From the IMG/VR virus record IMGVR_UViG_3300033153_001906, positions 1 to 64,000 of that record: DNA of 64,000 nt; one strand, 5' to 3'. Shown piece after piece: positions 9,959 through 19,225 of the stretch (positions are counted from its first letter, which is position 1; every line of letters starts with the position of its first letter). Source of the stretch: a virus. The notes under the pieces are model-generated. The model did no database searches. It saw only the letters and a program-made list of their open reading frames with translations, and had not been told where the DNA came from. The position numbers were made by a program, and so were the translations under genes.

Positions 9959-10957
9959 TTACCACCTTATGTACCCTCGCGAGTACCCTTCTTGTCTGTG
10001 CAGTCCATCATTAAATGCCTGCATTAATTCTGTGTCTCGATCATACCCCTGCGTCCATAGTTTCGATGTATCTAGTGTCTCATAGCAAACTAAATCGTGC
10101 GCTTTGCGCATTGCTTGTATAAAATTCTCACTACGCGGACTTGGAAATGCTACTGTTGCAGATTTCCACAATAATTCTTGCATAGGCCAACTTGGGTTTG
10201 GCTTCTTTTCTGATGCCATGACAATCAATCCAGCGTCATTGATGCGTTCGACCGCAAATCGAATGTTACTTGGTTTGGATGTAATATCGAATATTGTTTC
10301 AAACCTCATATCTTCCACTACTTCATCTACGTGCTGTACAAAGTCAACGTTCTGTTTCATCCAAAACTCTTTATTGGCATTTCCGACAACTGTAACGTTA
10401 GACTTTCCAAGCGCCTTTGAATTATTAATGCCAGTATACAATGTTGTGGCTAGAAATCCTGTTCCCAATATTAAAACATCTTGCTGCTCGTCTTTGCCAA
10501 CTTGATTCCATTGCTGGGTTTTAGTAGCTTCAAAACTTAAAAAGAATCCATTCTTGTTTTCTTCTTCTTGCTGCCCCAATAGATTCAGTCCACATGCAAC
10601 TGGCTCTAGTATGTATTTAGGCTCTAACTCTGGAACTACTACGAATTCGTCTTTGTTCACATTGTAAAAGTCTGCAAACGCTGGCTCGCCGCGAGTAGCA
10701 ACATAGTCGCCAACTCGCGCTCCGCCACAACTGTTCTTCAAGTTCTTGCCAGCCTTAGTTACTATCCCAAGTCCCTCATGCCCCTGAATTTCTTTCGGTA
10801 GCATTGGAAAATCGCCAGTAAACATATCAATGTCAGAACGACAGACACCAGTAAGTACAGCTTGAACTTCAAGTTGATCGTCAGTTGGTTCTGGCTTGTC
10901 CCAAGTCGTTTCTATAATATCACGATTGCCAGTTGTATAAAATAATCTGGTTTTCAT
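9959..10957 (-). CDS. Zn-dependent (MDR) alcohol/sugar dehydrogenase
   Basis: GVCRSD, GHEGLG.V, EPVAC and LILGTGF motifs. Confidence 0.85.
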   Translation of the reverse strand: MKTRLFYTTGNRDIIETTWDKPEPTDDQLEVQAVLTGVCRSDIDMFTGDFPMLPKEIQGHEGLGIVTKAGKNLKNSCGGARVGDYVATRGEPAFADFYNVNKDEFVVVPELEPKYILEPVACGLNLLGQQEEENKNGFFLSFEATKTQQWNQVGKDEQQDVLILGTGFLATTLYTGINNSKALGKSNVTVVGNANKEFWMKQNVDFVQHVDEVVEDMRFETIFDITSKPSNIRFAVERINDAGLIVMASEKKPNPSWPMQELLWKSATVAFPSPRSENFIQAMRKAHDLVCYETLDTSKLWTQGYDRDTELMQAFNDGLHRQEGYSRGYIRW

Positions 10958-11871
10958 TTGAATCTTTCCAGTTGCATATGAATCCAATGGTCGAAGTCCT
11001 CTTCGATCCACGTTTGTCGTTCTTCACCCATAAACTTATTATTCATTACATCTTCAATCATTTTACCATACGCCGAATCAGGACAGAGGCCAAATTCAAG
11101 TTTTATCTTTCTACCACCTTTAAAATACAAGTGAATAGCTTGATCGTCATACCCTTCCTTCCATGATGCCTTCAACGTAATTGGTATCGGGGTATCATCA
11201 TGTAAAGGAATCATGTAGTGCGCTTCTGCATAATCGCAAACATTGTAGAATCCATCTTTGTCAATTTTTCCGTAATCTGTATTTTCGCCTAGATTATCTA
11301 AGTTCCAACGTTGCATCGTGAACGTTTTAGGAACCGCGTTCTGCATCGAAGGCCAGCCAACTATAGCAAACATAAAACAATACAAGTGTGGAAACAGATC
11401 ATGTGTTACGCCACCAAATGCCATATTCTTGTTAGTAAACCACCCGCCTGGACTTGGAATACGATCTCTATTCATCCAGTTAATCTCTACCTTTTCAAGA
11501 TCATCATTGTCTGCTATCGTAGTATATGTGTTTATTGATTCACGATATAAATTGTTCTTGACCATTATGATACGATGATTCGGAAAACGATGTACAGTAT
11601 TCTTCCATGCTTGTGCATTAGCCAATCCTGGCTTCTCAACGAGTATCGTTTTGCATACGTCAGATAATTCAAGAACAGCATTAAGATGATTCACGTTTGG
11701 ACAACACACAACTGCTATGTCATACTTGTCGGTCTTGGGAACATCAAGAACTGAGCCATAGTTCGCAGGTTTGAGTGGGTCTACCGTTGTTACGTGGTAT
11801 CCCAATTTCTCAAGTTGTGGCAGATAGACATTCATGCCGATGCCGCCAAGTCCGACTACTATTGCTTTCAT
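10954..11871 (-). CDS. Gfo/Idh/MocA family NAD(P) oxidoreductase
   Basis: VVGLGGIG Rossmann motif, P...H, LVEKP, GG...DLFPH. Confidence 0.85.
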   Translation of the reverse strand: MKAIVVGLGGIGMNVYLPQLEKLGYHVTTVDPLKPANYGSVLDVPKTDKYDIAVVCCPNVNHLNAVLELSDVCKTILVEKPGLANAQAWKNTVHRFPNHRIIMVKNNLYRESINTYTTIADNDDLEKVEINWMNRDRIPSPGGWFTNKNMAFGGVTHDLFPHLYCFMFAIVGWPSMQNAVPKTFTMQRWNLDNLGENTDYGKIDKDGFYNVCDYAEAHYMIPLHDDTPIPITLKASWKEGYDDQAIHLYFKGGRKIKLEFGLCPDSAYGKMIEDVMNNKFMGEERQTWIEEDFDHWIHMQLERFK

Positions 11872-12142
11872 GCTCCTTCCTTCATATGATCTGAATGACA
11901 CCAATCACACATTGAAACAAATTCTCCATCAACTCGAATTAAATTTTCGTTCCCTGGGGCTCCGCCCCTTGTCCCCTCACAAACATCACAATCATCTCTT
12001 GAGTCAGTGAGTAAATCTTTCGTTAGCCGACCAAATGCCTCACCAACGTCAACGCCGCGTTGCGACGGATTGGCTGTGTAACTATCGTTAATATAACCTA
12101 AAACGAAAGTTAGATCATTTTCAATTTCGTTGCGTTTTCTCA

Positions 12143-12493
12143 TTACCAACCCTGCCCGTTGTCTTTTAATGTTTTTACAAATACTTCTTTCTTTGTTGCA
12201 TATTGATAATAGTCATTACCTTTACCAGTCAAAACAAGTTTGTTTGATCGCTTATGAATATGCCCCCAAATTATTTTGCCACTAATAGATGACTTCCTGC
12301 TTTTCCAAGGCCATACCCAAATCTCTTGCCAATCATTCCATGAACCAGTAAATACTGCTCGTTGCATATACTGCATCGCCAATATGGACTTGCCAGTTCG
12401 TCTACCACAACTAATGATATGCAACTCACCTTTCTTTAAGCCACCCAATATATCTGCTTGCCATTGATATAAATTACTGTTGTCCATCAGCAT
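12143..12493 (-). CDS. Chimeric small protein: terminase/helicase Walker-A-like N-terminus, W..PWK domain and shared tag
   Basis: LYQWQ...IISCGRRTGKS then ...YATKKEVFVKTLKD. Confidence 0.65.
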   Translation of the reverse strand: MLMDNSNLYQWQADILGGLKKGELHIISCGRRTGKSILAMQYMQRAVFTGSWNDWQEIWVWPWKSRKSSISGKIIWGHIHKRSNKLVLTGKGNDYYQYATKKEVFVKTLKDNGQGW

Positions 12494-12795
12494 CCGCTTT
12501 ACGTTTTGCTTCGTCTTCTTCCTCTTTCTTTTTCTTTAGTGCAGCTTTAATCTTTGCTAGTTTCTTCTTTTCTTCTTCTGCTTTTGCTTTTGCTTTTGCA
12601 TCAGCTACAATCTTATCTTCTGTACACTGGACACACCAAGCATCGCTTCGCGGCCCCATGTTGTGGCTAATTGATTCTCCACAGTTTGTACAATGAATAA
12701 ATGCGTGAGTTACAAGCGCGCCTGGCATTGCTTCATAGATGGGCTGCTTCTTGTTGGCGCCCTGATAGCCCAAAAGCTTTCTGTACATGCTGATC

Positions 12796-13176
12796 TTATT
12801 CATCTCTTCCTTCCAACTTCGCTTTAAAGAGTTCTTTGTTCGTTGCATACTCAACTATACGCATTTGGTGAGTTTCATAATTCCCACCAGAAATTGATTC
12901 TCTTATGCTTATCCATCTGCCCCGCATGTTGACACGCCCAAAAATAATTCTGTCATATATTGACTTCTTTGGTAGCATAATAAACTTTTTCTTCCAAGGC
13001 TCAACGAGGCTGTTGGGCTTGATGGTCAACATTTCACCCGCTGCCCCTGTCATTGGTTGCACATTAACTAAATCATTCGCAATCATTGACGGCGCAATTT
13101 TCCTAATCAATGGAATCAATTTCTTGCTATCTATTTTATTTGGATTATTCTTCACGAATCTTCTTCTCAAGCGCAT
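12796..13176 (-). CDS. Chimeric small protein: gp23 major-capsid-like N-terminal peptide, W..F..PK domain and shared tag
   Basis: LIPLIRKIAPSMIANDLVNVQPMTG then PWKKKFIMLPKKSI...YATNKELFKAKLEG. Confidence 0.7.
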   Translation of the reverse strand: MRLRRRFVKNNPNKIDSKKLIPLIRKIAPSMIANDLVNVQPMTGAAGEMLTIKPNSLVEPWKKKFIMLPKKSIYDRIIFGRVNMRGRWISIRESISGGNYETHQMRIVEYATNKELFKAKLEGRDE

Positions 13177-14677
13177 CTAGCACATCATCTTCACGACCAT
13201 ATGTTTCAATTTCATTCGCCTCTTCACTAAAGAGTTCTGAGAATAATGCAGTAGTACCATCTTTGTATGCGCCATTGTTGAATGCTGCCAGTAGTGGTCG
13301 AGCATCATCAATCATTTGCATTGGGTGGTCACTTGTGAACAGTTCGTTAATGAACGTGTTCCAATAAATTAGATTGCGCGGAACCCAAAGAGACATTTCT
13401 GCTGCTTTGTTCCGTTTCTTAGTCTTTGTCCATGTACGCCAGTCTGGTTGATTACGAATACATTCAAAGTCATGCAATGCCATTAGTCGCTGTACGCATC
13501 GAATGTGTAGTGCGCAGTTGTGCGCGCCAATCAATACATACGATAGTGCATCCCAACTCGATTTCGCAATGTTGCCTTGCTTGTTTAAATCATTCGGCCC
13601 CATTGGCATAATGTCACTACATAGTAAACGTTTGCCAATCGCGGTATCTTCGAATGGGAATGGAATGTCAGTTCCTTTCACTCGTTTTAATTTATCATCA
13701 AACGTAAGTTCCATTGGGTAGCTCAAGCTTGCTGATGTTAGTCGCGCAGTTGTATACGTGCGACCATTTGCAGCACCAATGAATGGACTTGCAGCATCAA
13801 AGCTTACTGTTATATCAGGGTTAACATATTTCTTCAAGTTACGTTGAATACCAGTAAGCAGCACTGACCAGTTCAAATGTGAAGTGCCAAGAAAGTGAAT
13901 CCATGACTCACCCTCAAGCTTGCCTTCATCGCGCATAATAATAAGACGCCGTAATGTCATTTCTACGTCACGGATGTTATTACCACCCATTGCCCAACCT
14001 TCGAATGGATAATCTTTTACGGCGTCGTACCATCTTTGCGCATCATCCCAATTTGTTCCTTGCAAAATGTTCAAGAACTTTGTTTTGCCCTGTCTGTTGT
14101 CTGCGAAGTACTCAAGATTGTGTCGCGTTGCATTCAAACATTCATCGAACGAGCGTAACCCAGTGCGCTCTTTGGCTTGTGGTTCTAAGTACGCCCATGT
14201 TGGTACGTCAAGAGTCATTGACCAATCTGCTGTGTGTTCTAGCCAGTTCAGAATGTCTTTGCGAGTTTTATTAGCTTTGCCTTTGTAATTCATATCACCT
14301 GGTTTTTCGTAGAAGTGTTCCCAATCGAAATTAATAACGCCTTTACCAATCTGGTATCCACCAGAATCACCAACCATCGTGATTTCATTTCTGTCGCGCT
14401 CTTGAACCATCCACTCAAGTCTATCACTCTTTTCAAGATCAAGATATGCATGGCCCGCAGAGTATAGTCCCTTATCATAGAAGAAATATCCATTCTCTTT
14501 ATCGAGAAAGTTTAATCCATCAAGACCACGCTCAAACCCCGCTGGAATTCTGCTTGCTGGGATATAGTCTTCGAAGTGTCTCGCACGACCAAGTACCTCA
14601 GCATAAAATCCACTGATTGCTGGGAGAAAAAGCGCATAGTCTTTTCTGAATTTTGATAAGTCTTCTGTTTTACTCAT
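13145..14677 (-). CDS. TGT-fold base-exchange enzyme, probable DNA 7-deazaguanine transglycosylase (DpdA-like)
   Basis: GDSGGYQ, MTLDVP, LNILQG, GWAMGG, IHFLGT and SFDAASP motifs; queE and queD-like genes nearby. Confidence 0.82.
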   Translation of the reverse strand: MSKTEDLSKFRKDYALFLPAISGFYAEVLGRARHFEDYIPASRIPAGFERGLDGLNFLDKENGYFFYDKGLYSAGHAYLDLEKSDRLEWMVQERDRNEITMVGDSGGYQIGKGVINFDWEHFYEKPGDMNYKGKANKTRKDILNWLEHTADWSMTLDVPTWAYLEPQAKERTGLRSFDECLNATRHNLEYFADNRQGKTKFLNILQGTNWDDAQRWYDAVKDYPFEGWAMGGNNIRDVEMTLRRLIIMRDEGKLEGESWIHFLGTSHLNWSVLLTGIQRNLKKYVNPDITVSFDAASPFIGAANGRTYTTARLTSASLSYPMELTFDDKLKRVKGTDIPFPFEDTAIGKRLLCSDIMPMGPNDLNKQGNIAKSSWDALSYVLIGAHNCALHIRCVQRLMALHDFECIRNQPDWRTWTKTKKRNKAAEMSLWVPRNLIYWNTFINELFTSDHPMQMIDDARPLLAAFNNGAYKDGTTALFSELFSEEANEIETYGREDDVLDALEKKIREE

Positions 14678-15036
14678 ATCGCTCGCGTCTTGGTGATGTA
14701 ATGAGAGTTGCTGATTGCCCAGCTATCCTTCCAATGCCAATCGTCCTGTACGTAGTTTGCAAACTCCTCAGAAGTCAATTCAATTTCATCATCGACTGAT
14801 AGCTCAAGCATACGAATTACACGATCATAATCCTTTACTTGACTTTGTGGAGGGAATTCAGTCCATTGTACTGTTTCACGCTCACCAGCATTGAATTCTT
14901 CTAATAGTTTCATTAGAGTTTCTCCGCAAGTATCCAAGTAGCCTTTGTAAGCGTCTTCGTAATCTGTTTTATGTGTCTTTCGATTCACTCGTAGAATTTC
15001 TAAGAGTTCGTCTTGTTTAATTGTTACTTTTCTCAT
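14674..15036 (-). CDS. Hypothetical protein
   Basis: Coupled ORF; P......YDR.IRML.LS...I.L...EF..YV.D.W.W pattern. Confidence 0.65.
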   Translation of the reverse strand: MRKVTIKQDELLEILRVNRKTHKTDYEDAYKGYLDTCGETLMKLLEEFNAGERETVQWTEFPPQSQVKDYDRVIRMLELSVDDEIELTSEEFANYVQDDWHWKDSWAISNSHYITKTRAI

Positions 15037-15040
15037 TTTA

Positions 15041-15502
15041 TTAATCCTCTGTGTTTGTATTTAGGTACAAACGAACTGCCATCAGTACCTTCCCTAAATT
15101 GTTTTCGCCCTCTCCATCACTCACTCCCCAAAATGTATCACCCCATGTGTTACCCTCGATAAGTTCCGTATCATCTGTGGCAAGTAACATTTCAAGTAAG
15201 TGTGGATTTTGTGAGAACTTGGCCTCAACGATTTCAGCCATGACTCCAACTTTAACATCGTCCCATGCTGGACGCATTCGTACAGTCTTGCCATACTTCT
15301 TTGCTTCTCCAGGTGTTTCAAGCATTGCAATATTCAACCGTTGGTTTACATCAACCGTCTTAACTGCTTGAAACGCATGTTCGCTAGTTGGGTAATCTAT
15401 GCCCTCGTAGCGAACAGGAGCAGGATAAAAATTAGATAAGAAGCGAAATACTCCGCTAAACGAATCTATCTTATCTGCTTTTTGCTGGGAGCAAGTATTC
15501 AT
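15041..15502 (-). CDS. NADAR family (YbiA-like) N-glycosidase
   Basis: FLSNFY, YPTSEHAFQA.K, AKFSQNP.L, LIEGN.WGD.FWG, G.N.LG..LM. Confidence 0.9.
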   Translation of the reverse strand: MNTCSQQKADKIDSFSGVFRFLSNFYPAPVRYEGIDYPTSEHAFQAVKTVDVNQRLNIAMLETPGEAKKYGKTVRMRPAWDDVKVGVMAEIVEAKFSQNPHLLEMLLATDDTELIEGNTWGDTFWGVSDGEGENNLGKVLMAVRLYLNTNTED

Positions 15503-16220
15503 ACGTACCTACGTCTGTTTCCATCTCGATTTTAAGAATCCCCTTGACACTGAAACTAATTGTGCAATCATCTGCGGTCTTTGCCAGCTTTAGAATTGCA
15601 AGTGTTTCAACGAGGGGCCATGTTAGATTACCAGTAAGTGAGCCATTTACGCTCTTGGCAATAGGTACTGTTGCGCGATCAGTTGGGCCGCTGCCAATGT
15701 AAAAGTTTAGATCATTTGCTGCATCTGTCTTTGCAATAAACGTTGGCTCAAATGCGCCAAGTATGCTATTGAAGTAGCTCAGATCCTTCATAATCTCGTC
15801 TGTAGCTGTAATGACAACATCCCATGTTGCGCCATTAAAACTAGGAACTTTTACTTGTTCTTCAACCACATCTTTGTGCATAAAACGATAGCTCGATTCA
15901 TGCCCTTGTGTGCTTGCAAAACGAATTTCTGCTGGAACATCGTCACCGTCACGCTCTTGTGTCTCAATCCCAATGGTAGCGCCGTCTCCAACAAAATGAG
16001 GATATTTCAGATAGCCTTGCAATACAGCCATGCGCGAGAATCCTACTGTACCATTAAGTTCTTTCAACGGGTGTTTTAGTGTGCCATATACGACTACCGA
16101 TTTTGAATCGTCAATCGCTGCAACCTTTGTTTCTGTTGCATTACTTTCAATTTTCATCATTTCTATGAAGCCCAGGCCATGTGTGTGCGCCAGAACGTCT
16201 GTTAATACTTCTGCTAACAT
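15471..16220 (-). CDS. Probable sliding clamp (gp45-like)
   Basis: About 250 aa with alternating beta pattern, ends YEYLLPA, directly downstream of the DNA polymerase. Confidence 0.65.
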   Translation of the reverse strand: MLAEVLTDVLAHTHGLGFIEMMKIESNATETKVAAIDDSKSVVVYGTLKHPLKELNGTVGFSRMAVLQGYLKYPHFVGDGATIGIETQERDGDDVPAEIRFASTQGHESSYRFMHKDVVEEQVKVPSFNGATWDVVITATDEIMKDLSYFNSILGAFEPTFIAKTDAANDLNFYIGSGPTDRATVPIAKSVNGSLTGNLTWPLVETLAILKLAKTADDCTISFSVKGILKIEMETDVGTYEYLLPAKSR

Positions 16221-16243
16221 CTAAGTGTCTCCTTGTATATGAT

Positions 16244-16272
16244 ATTATAACAGACTGTGAACTGCCTGTCAA
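16244..16272 (-). promoter_or_regulatory. Sigma70-type promoter
   Basis: TTGACA-17-TATAAT followed by AAGGAG SD. Confidence 0.85.
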
Positions 16273-16273
16273 G

Positions 16274-19222
16274 TTAACTAAAATCAAATAGTTCTTCCAT
16301 TAATTCCGCTTCAGGGGAAGTTCGGGACAAGTCCCATTTCAATACATTCAGGAGATTGTCTATTTTCTTATCTACAATTCCTGCCATCATTGCATCTTCA
16401 TCAAATGGAAGTGCCGTAAACCATTCTGGTAGATGTGGCTCGTCTACTGGATATGCCACAGAAGTCATTCGTAAGTCATTGTTTGGTTTGAGTTTACAGA
16501 CAATAATCTTTTGACCATCTAAAATCTTTGTCACATGAAGATCATTGTACCGTTCTCTCAATTTATTCCAATTGATGCTCGCCATAACGTGACCTGGGAC
16601 TGTAAGACTTGGCAGTTTTCCGCCTGTTCCCGCTTTCCCCAACCTGTTTTCAAGTTTTTCAGTATATGCTGTGAGATTGTTTACTGCTTTTGGAGTTCCT
16701 TTTTCCCACGGTCGCATTGCAATAAAAACTTTCTTGAATGTGCGAATCGCTTGAATGACTGCCTCTTCTCCCTCAAGCTGTAGTGTCTGCATGAGAATCT
16801 TTGTCAAGAATTCCTGCATTGTTTTTGGTGTATCTGAGCGACGTAGATCAAGTCCCAGGGCTTTTAGTTTTCCTGGTTTGCCATCAATGTCACGACGCTG
16901 ACCTTCATCATCATATACAAGAATTGCATAGCGTTTCTTTTTACTGAATAATCCTGTTTCACCAACAATTTCTCGTCCAGCCTTAATAACCGCACTACGA
17001 TCAACTGGTGTATTGAATGTGTCATTCATAAATTGCGGAAAAGTATCACTCACTTGGTCTGCAATCACATCATATAATCCAGTAACACTATCTTTTGTCC
17101 ACTCAACTTCGCCACTCTCGATTTCATCACTGAGTATTGGGTATGCACTAAAGTATACAGAGTCGGTGTCACCATAGATGATAGAGCGACCTTGATAGTC
17201 ATATGAGTTATCTAAGTATTCGTTGGTCTTTGCAGCCATGTGTCGTGCGATTGAACGTCCAGTCAACGTCGTGGATTGTCCAAGTCGAAGATCGTAAAAA
17301 CGACAATGTATGTTAAGCAATCCACCATACAAAGAGTTCAAGTTAATTTTCTTTACTAGTTGACGCTTATCCCAAAAGCCAACGATCTTTTTTAGCATCG
17401 TTTGGTTGATGTGTTTGACCATTAGGTCGCCATCAGTGAAGCACAAGTCATGCGAAAGCATGTAGCTGTACAAGTCTTCTGGATTCTTTGTTGCTGCTTT
17501 CTTTCTTAACGCAGTAAGACTGAGTGCCAAGTCAGCATCGTATGGATTAACAGTGCTGTAGTCTTTGGTGTCTCGCTTGCGTTCTAGACGTATGTTGATT
17601 TCTTCTGCAACATCTTTACGAACGTCAAGATACACACCCTCTGTCAACGAGTCATAGTTGCGCTTGAATGCTTGTAACACTTTTCGTTCACTGTACCATC
17701 TACGTAGAAGTCCTGGAATAATACCTTCCATGTCATTACGAAAGATTGTTCCATTCGCTGAGATAGACCAATCACGATCATTGCTGAATATAAGTTCACG
17801 TAGTTCTGCGCCAGTGACTTCTATGGTGCTACCATCTTCAAAATCTAATGAACGTTTAATTACGTTATCACAATCTAAGAAATTTTGCATTTCTAATGTG
17901 TTGAATCTATCATTCCACCATTCTGCGAACGGGCTTGTGCCGCCCTTGGCAATGTGTGCATTAATCTCATAGTCTGTTTCGTCTGTGCGCAATTGACCAA
18001 CAATGGTTTCTGGACTCATATTGAGACAGCGAATAACAGAGGGGTATAGTGAATTCAAGTCACTACTGCCAATCCATCTGTGCAAGCCTTTCTTTGGTTG
18101 TTGTACCCAACCACCCGCTGCTGGCAAGTCATGGTGACTCGTAAACTCTTTGTCTGGAACAACCATGCCACGCTCATGCGCTTCAACGATGATAGCTTGC
18201 TCAGTAACGGCAACTGCACCCAATGCTGCTGGCATCAGGACGCAGTTGCCGTGAGCAATGCTGCTCGCCAACGATATAAATTGAAGCTTCTTGTCTAATT
18301 TGTCGAGTAGTTCTGTGTCTTGTATGTTATATTCAAGAAATGTCTTGAAGTCGTTATTGTATAATTCGTCTAGCGTACCATCATATGCAACTTTGCGTTC
18401 GCCAAGTTCCGCTTCGCCAATTGCATCTAGTGAATAGCTATGTCGTTCTTCATATGTAAATTTCTTATACAGTGCTAGATAATCGAAATGAATACGACCA
18501 CTTAATTCATATGTCTGCGCTTCACGACCACCACGCAAGAAAGTACGTGGTCTTGGAAATTTATTCCAGAGACACATACGTTTTGTTTCGTGTCTGCCAA
18601 GTACTTTTGTAATACGATTGACAGTGTATGGAATATCGTATCCCTCACTGAACCAACCACTAAGAACATCAGCATCTTCGATTAACGTTAAGAACGCATC
18701 TAGTAGATCGCTTTCTTCGTGATAAAGAATTGTGTTACCCACTTCATCAGCGATTTCTGTTGCATCTTCCATATCCATGTGACGCGGCGGTAGTGCAAGA
18801 CAAACGGTTTGATTCAGCCATTGCAGATGCACAGCAATAGATAAGATCCTATTGGCAGCTTCCTCTGGTTGGCTGTATCCAAATTCTTTATCGAAGTCTG
18901 TCTCAATATCAAAAAATGCAATATGAAGATCAGCGGGATTCTGATGCTTGTAGAATTGCTCGATGATCTTATTTACTGGCTTAATGTCAGACTCATATTT
19001 CTGTTTATGAGAATGAATGCCTTTCATTTTCTTAAATTCGCCAATAGATCCGCACTCTACTTTAGAAACTGTATCGCCATGAATGCTTTTGTGCTGGCCT
19101 TTCTGATCTTTTAGATAGAACTCAAAAATTCCAGGGTAGGTTTTGAACACGCGCTTTCCGTTATCGCGTTCAATTACCTTTACCGTGGAATCTTTGGGAT
19201 CAAATGTTGCATCTACATACAT
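16274..19222 (-). CDS. Family B DNA polymerase (gp43-like)
   Basis: Exonuclease FDIET and YNIQD; polymerase DLNSLYPS, K..LNSLYG, YGDTDS, KKRYA. Confidence 0.97.
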   Translation of the reverse strand: MYVDATFDPKDSTVKVIERDNGKRVFKTYPGIFEFYLKDQKGQHKSIHGDTVSKVECGSIGEFKKMKGIHSHKQKYESDIKPVNKIIEQFYKHQNPADLHIAFFDIETDFDKEFGYSQPEEAANRILSIAVHLQWLNQTVCLALPPRHMDMEDATEIADEVGNTILYHEESDLLDAFLTLIEDADVLSGWFSEGYDIPYTVNRITKVLGRHETKRMCLWNKFPRPRTFLRGGREAQTYELSGRIHFDYLALYKKFTYEERHSYSLDAIGEAELGERKVAYDGTLDELYNNDFKTFLEYNIQDTELLDKLDKKLQFISLASSIAHGNCVLMPAALGAVAVTEQAIIVEAHERGMVVPDKEFTSHHDLPAAGGWVQQPKKGLHRWIGSSDLNSLYPSVIRCLNMSPETIVGQLRTDETDYEINAHIAKGGTSPFAEWWNDRFNTLEMQNFLDCDNVIKRSLDFEDGSTIEVTGAELRELIFSNDRDWSISANGTIFRNDMEGIIPGLLRRWYSERKVLQAFKRNYDSLTEGVYLDVRKDVAEEINIRLERKRDTKDYSTVNPYDADLALSLTALRKKAATKNPEDLYSYMLSHDLCFTDGDLMVKHINQTMLKKIVGFWDKRQLVKKINLNSLYGGLLNIHCRFYDLRLGQSTTLTGRSIARHMAAKTNEYLDNSYDYQGRSIIYGDTDSVYFSAYPILSDEIESGEVEWTKDSVTGLYDVIADQVSDTFPQFMNDTFNTPVDRSAVIKAGREIVGETGLFSKKKRYAILVYDDEGQRRDIDGKPGKLKALGLDLRRSDTPKTMQEFLTKILMQTLQLEGEEAVIQAIRTFKKVFIAMRPWEKGTPKAVNNLTAYTEKLENRLGKAGTGGKLPSLTVPGHVMASINWNKLRERYNDLHVTKILDGQKIIVCKLKPNNDLRMTSVAYPVDEPHLPEWFTALPFDEDAMMAGIVDKKIDNLLNVLKWDLSRTSPEAELMEELFDFS

Positions 19223-19225
19223 AGA

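Noticed and set aside
17380-17658. Possible intein in the DNA polymerase
   Set aside because: Too short; no HN/C-S-T splice junction or LAGLIDADG motif
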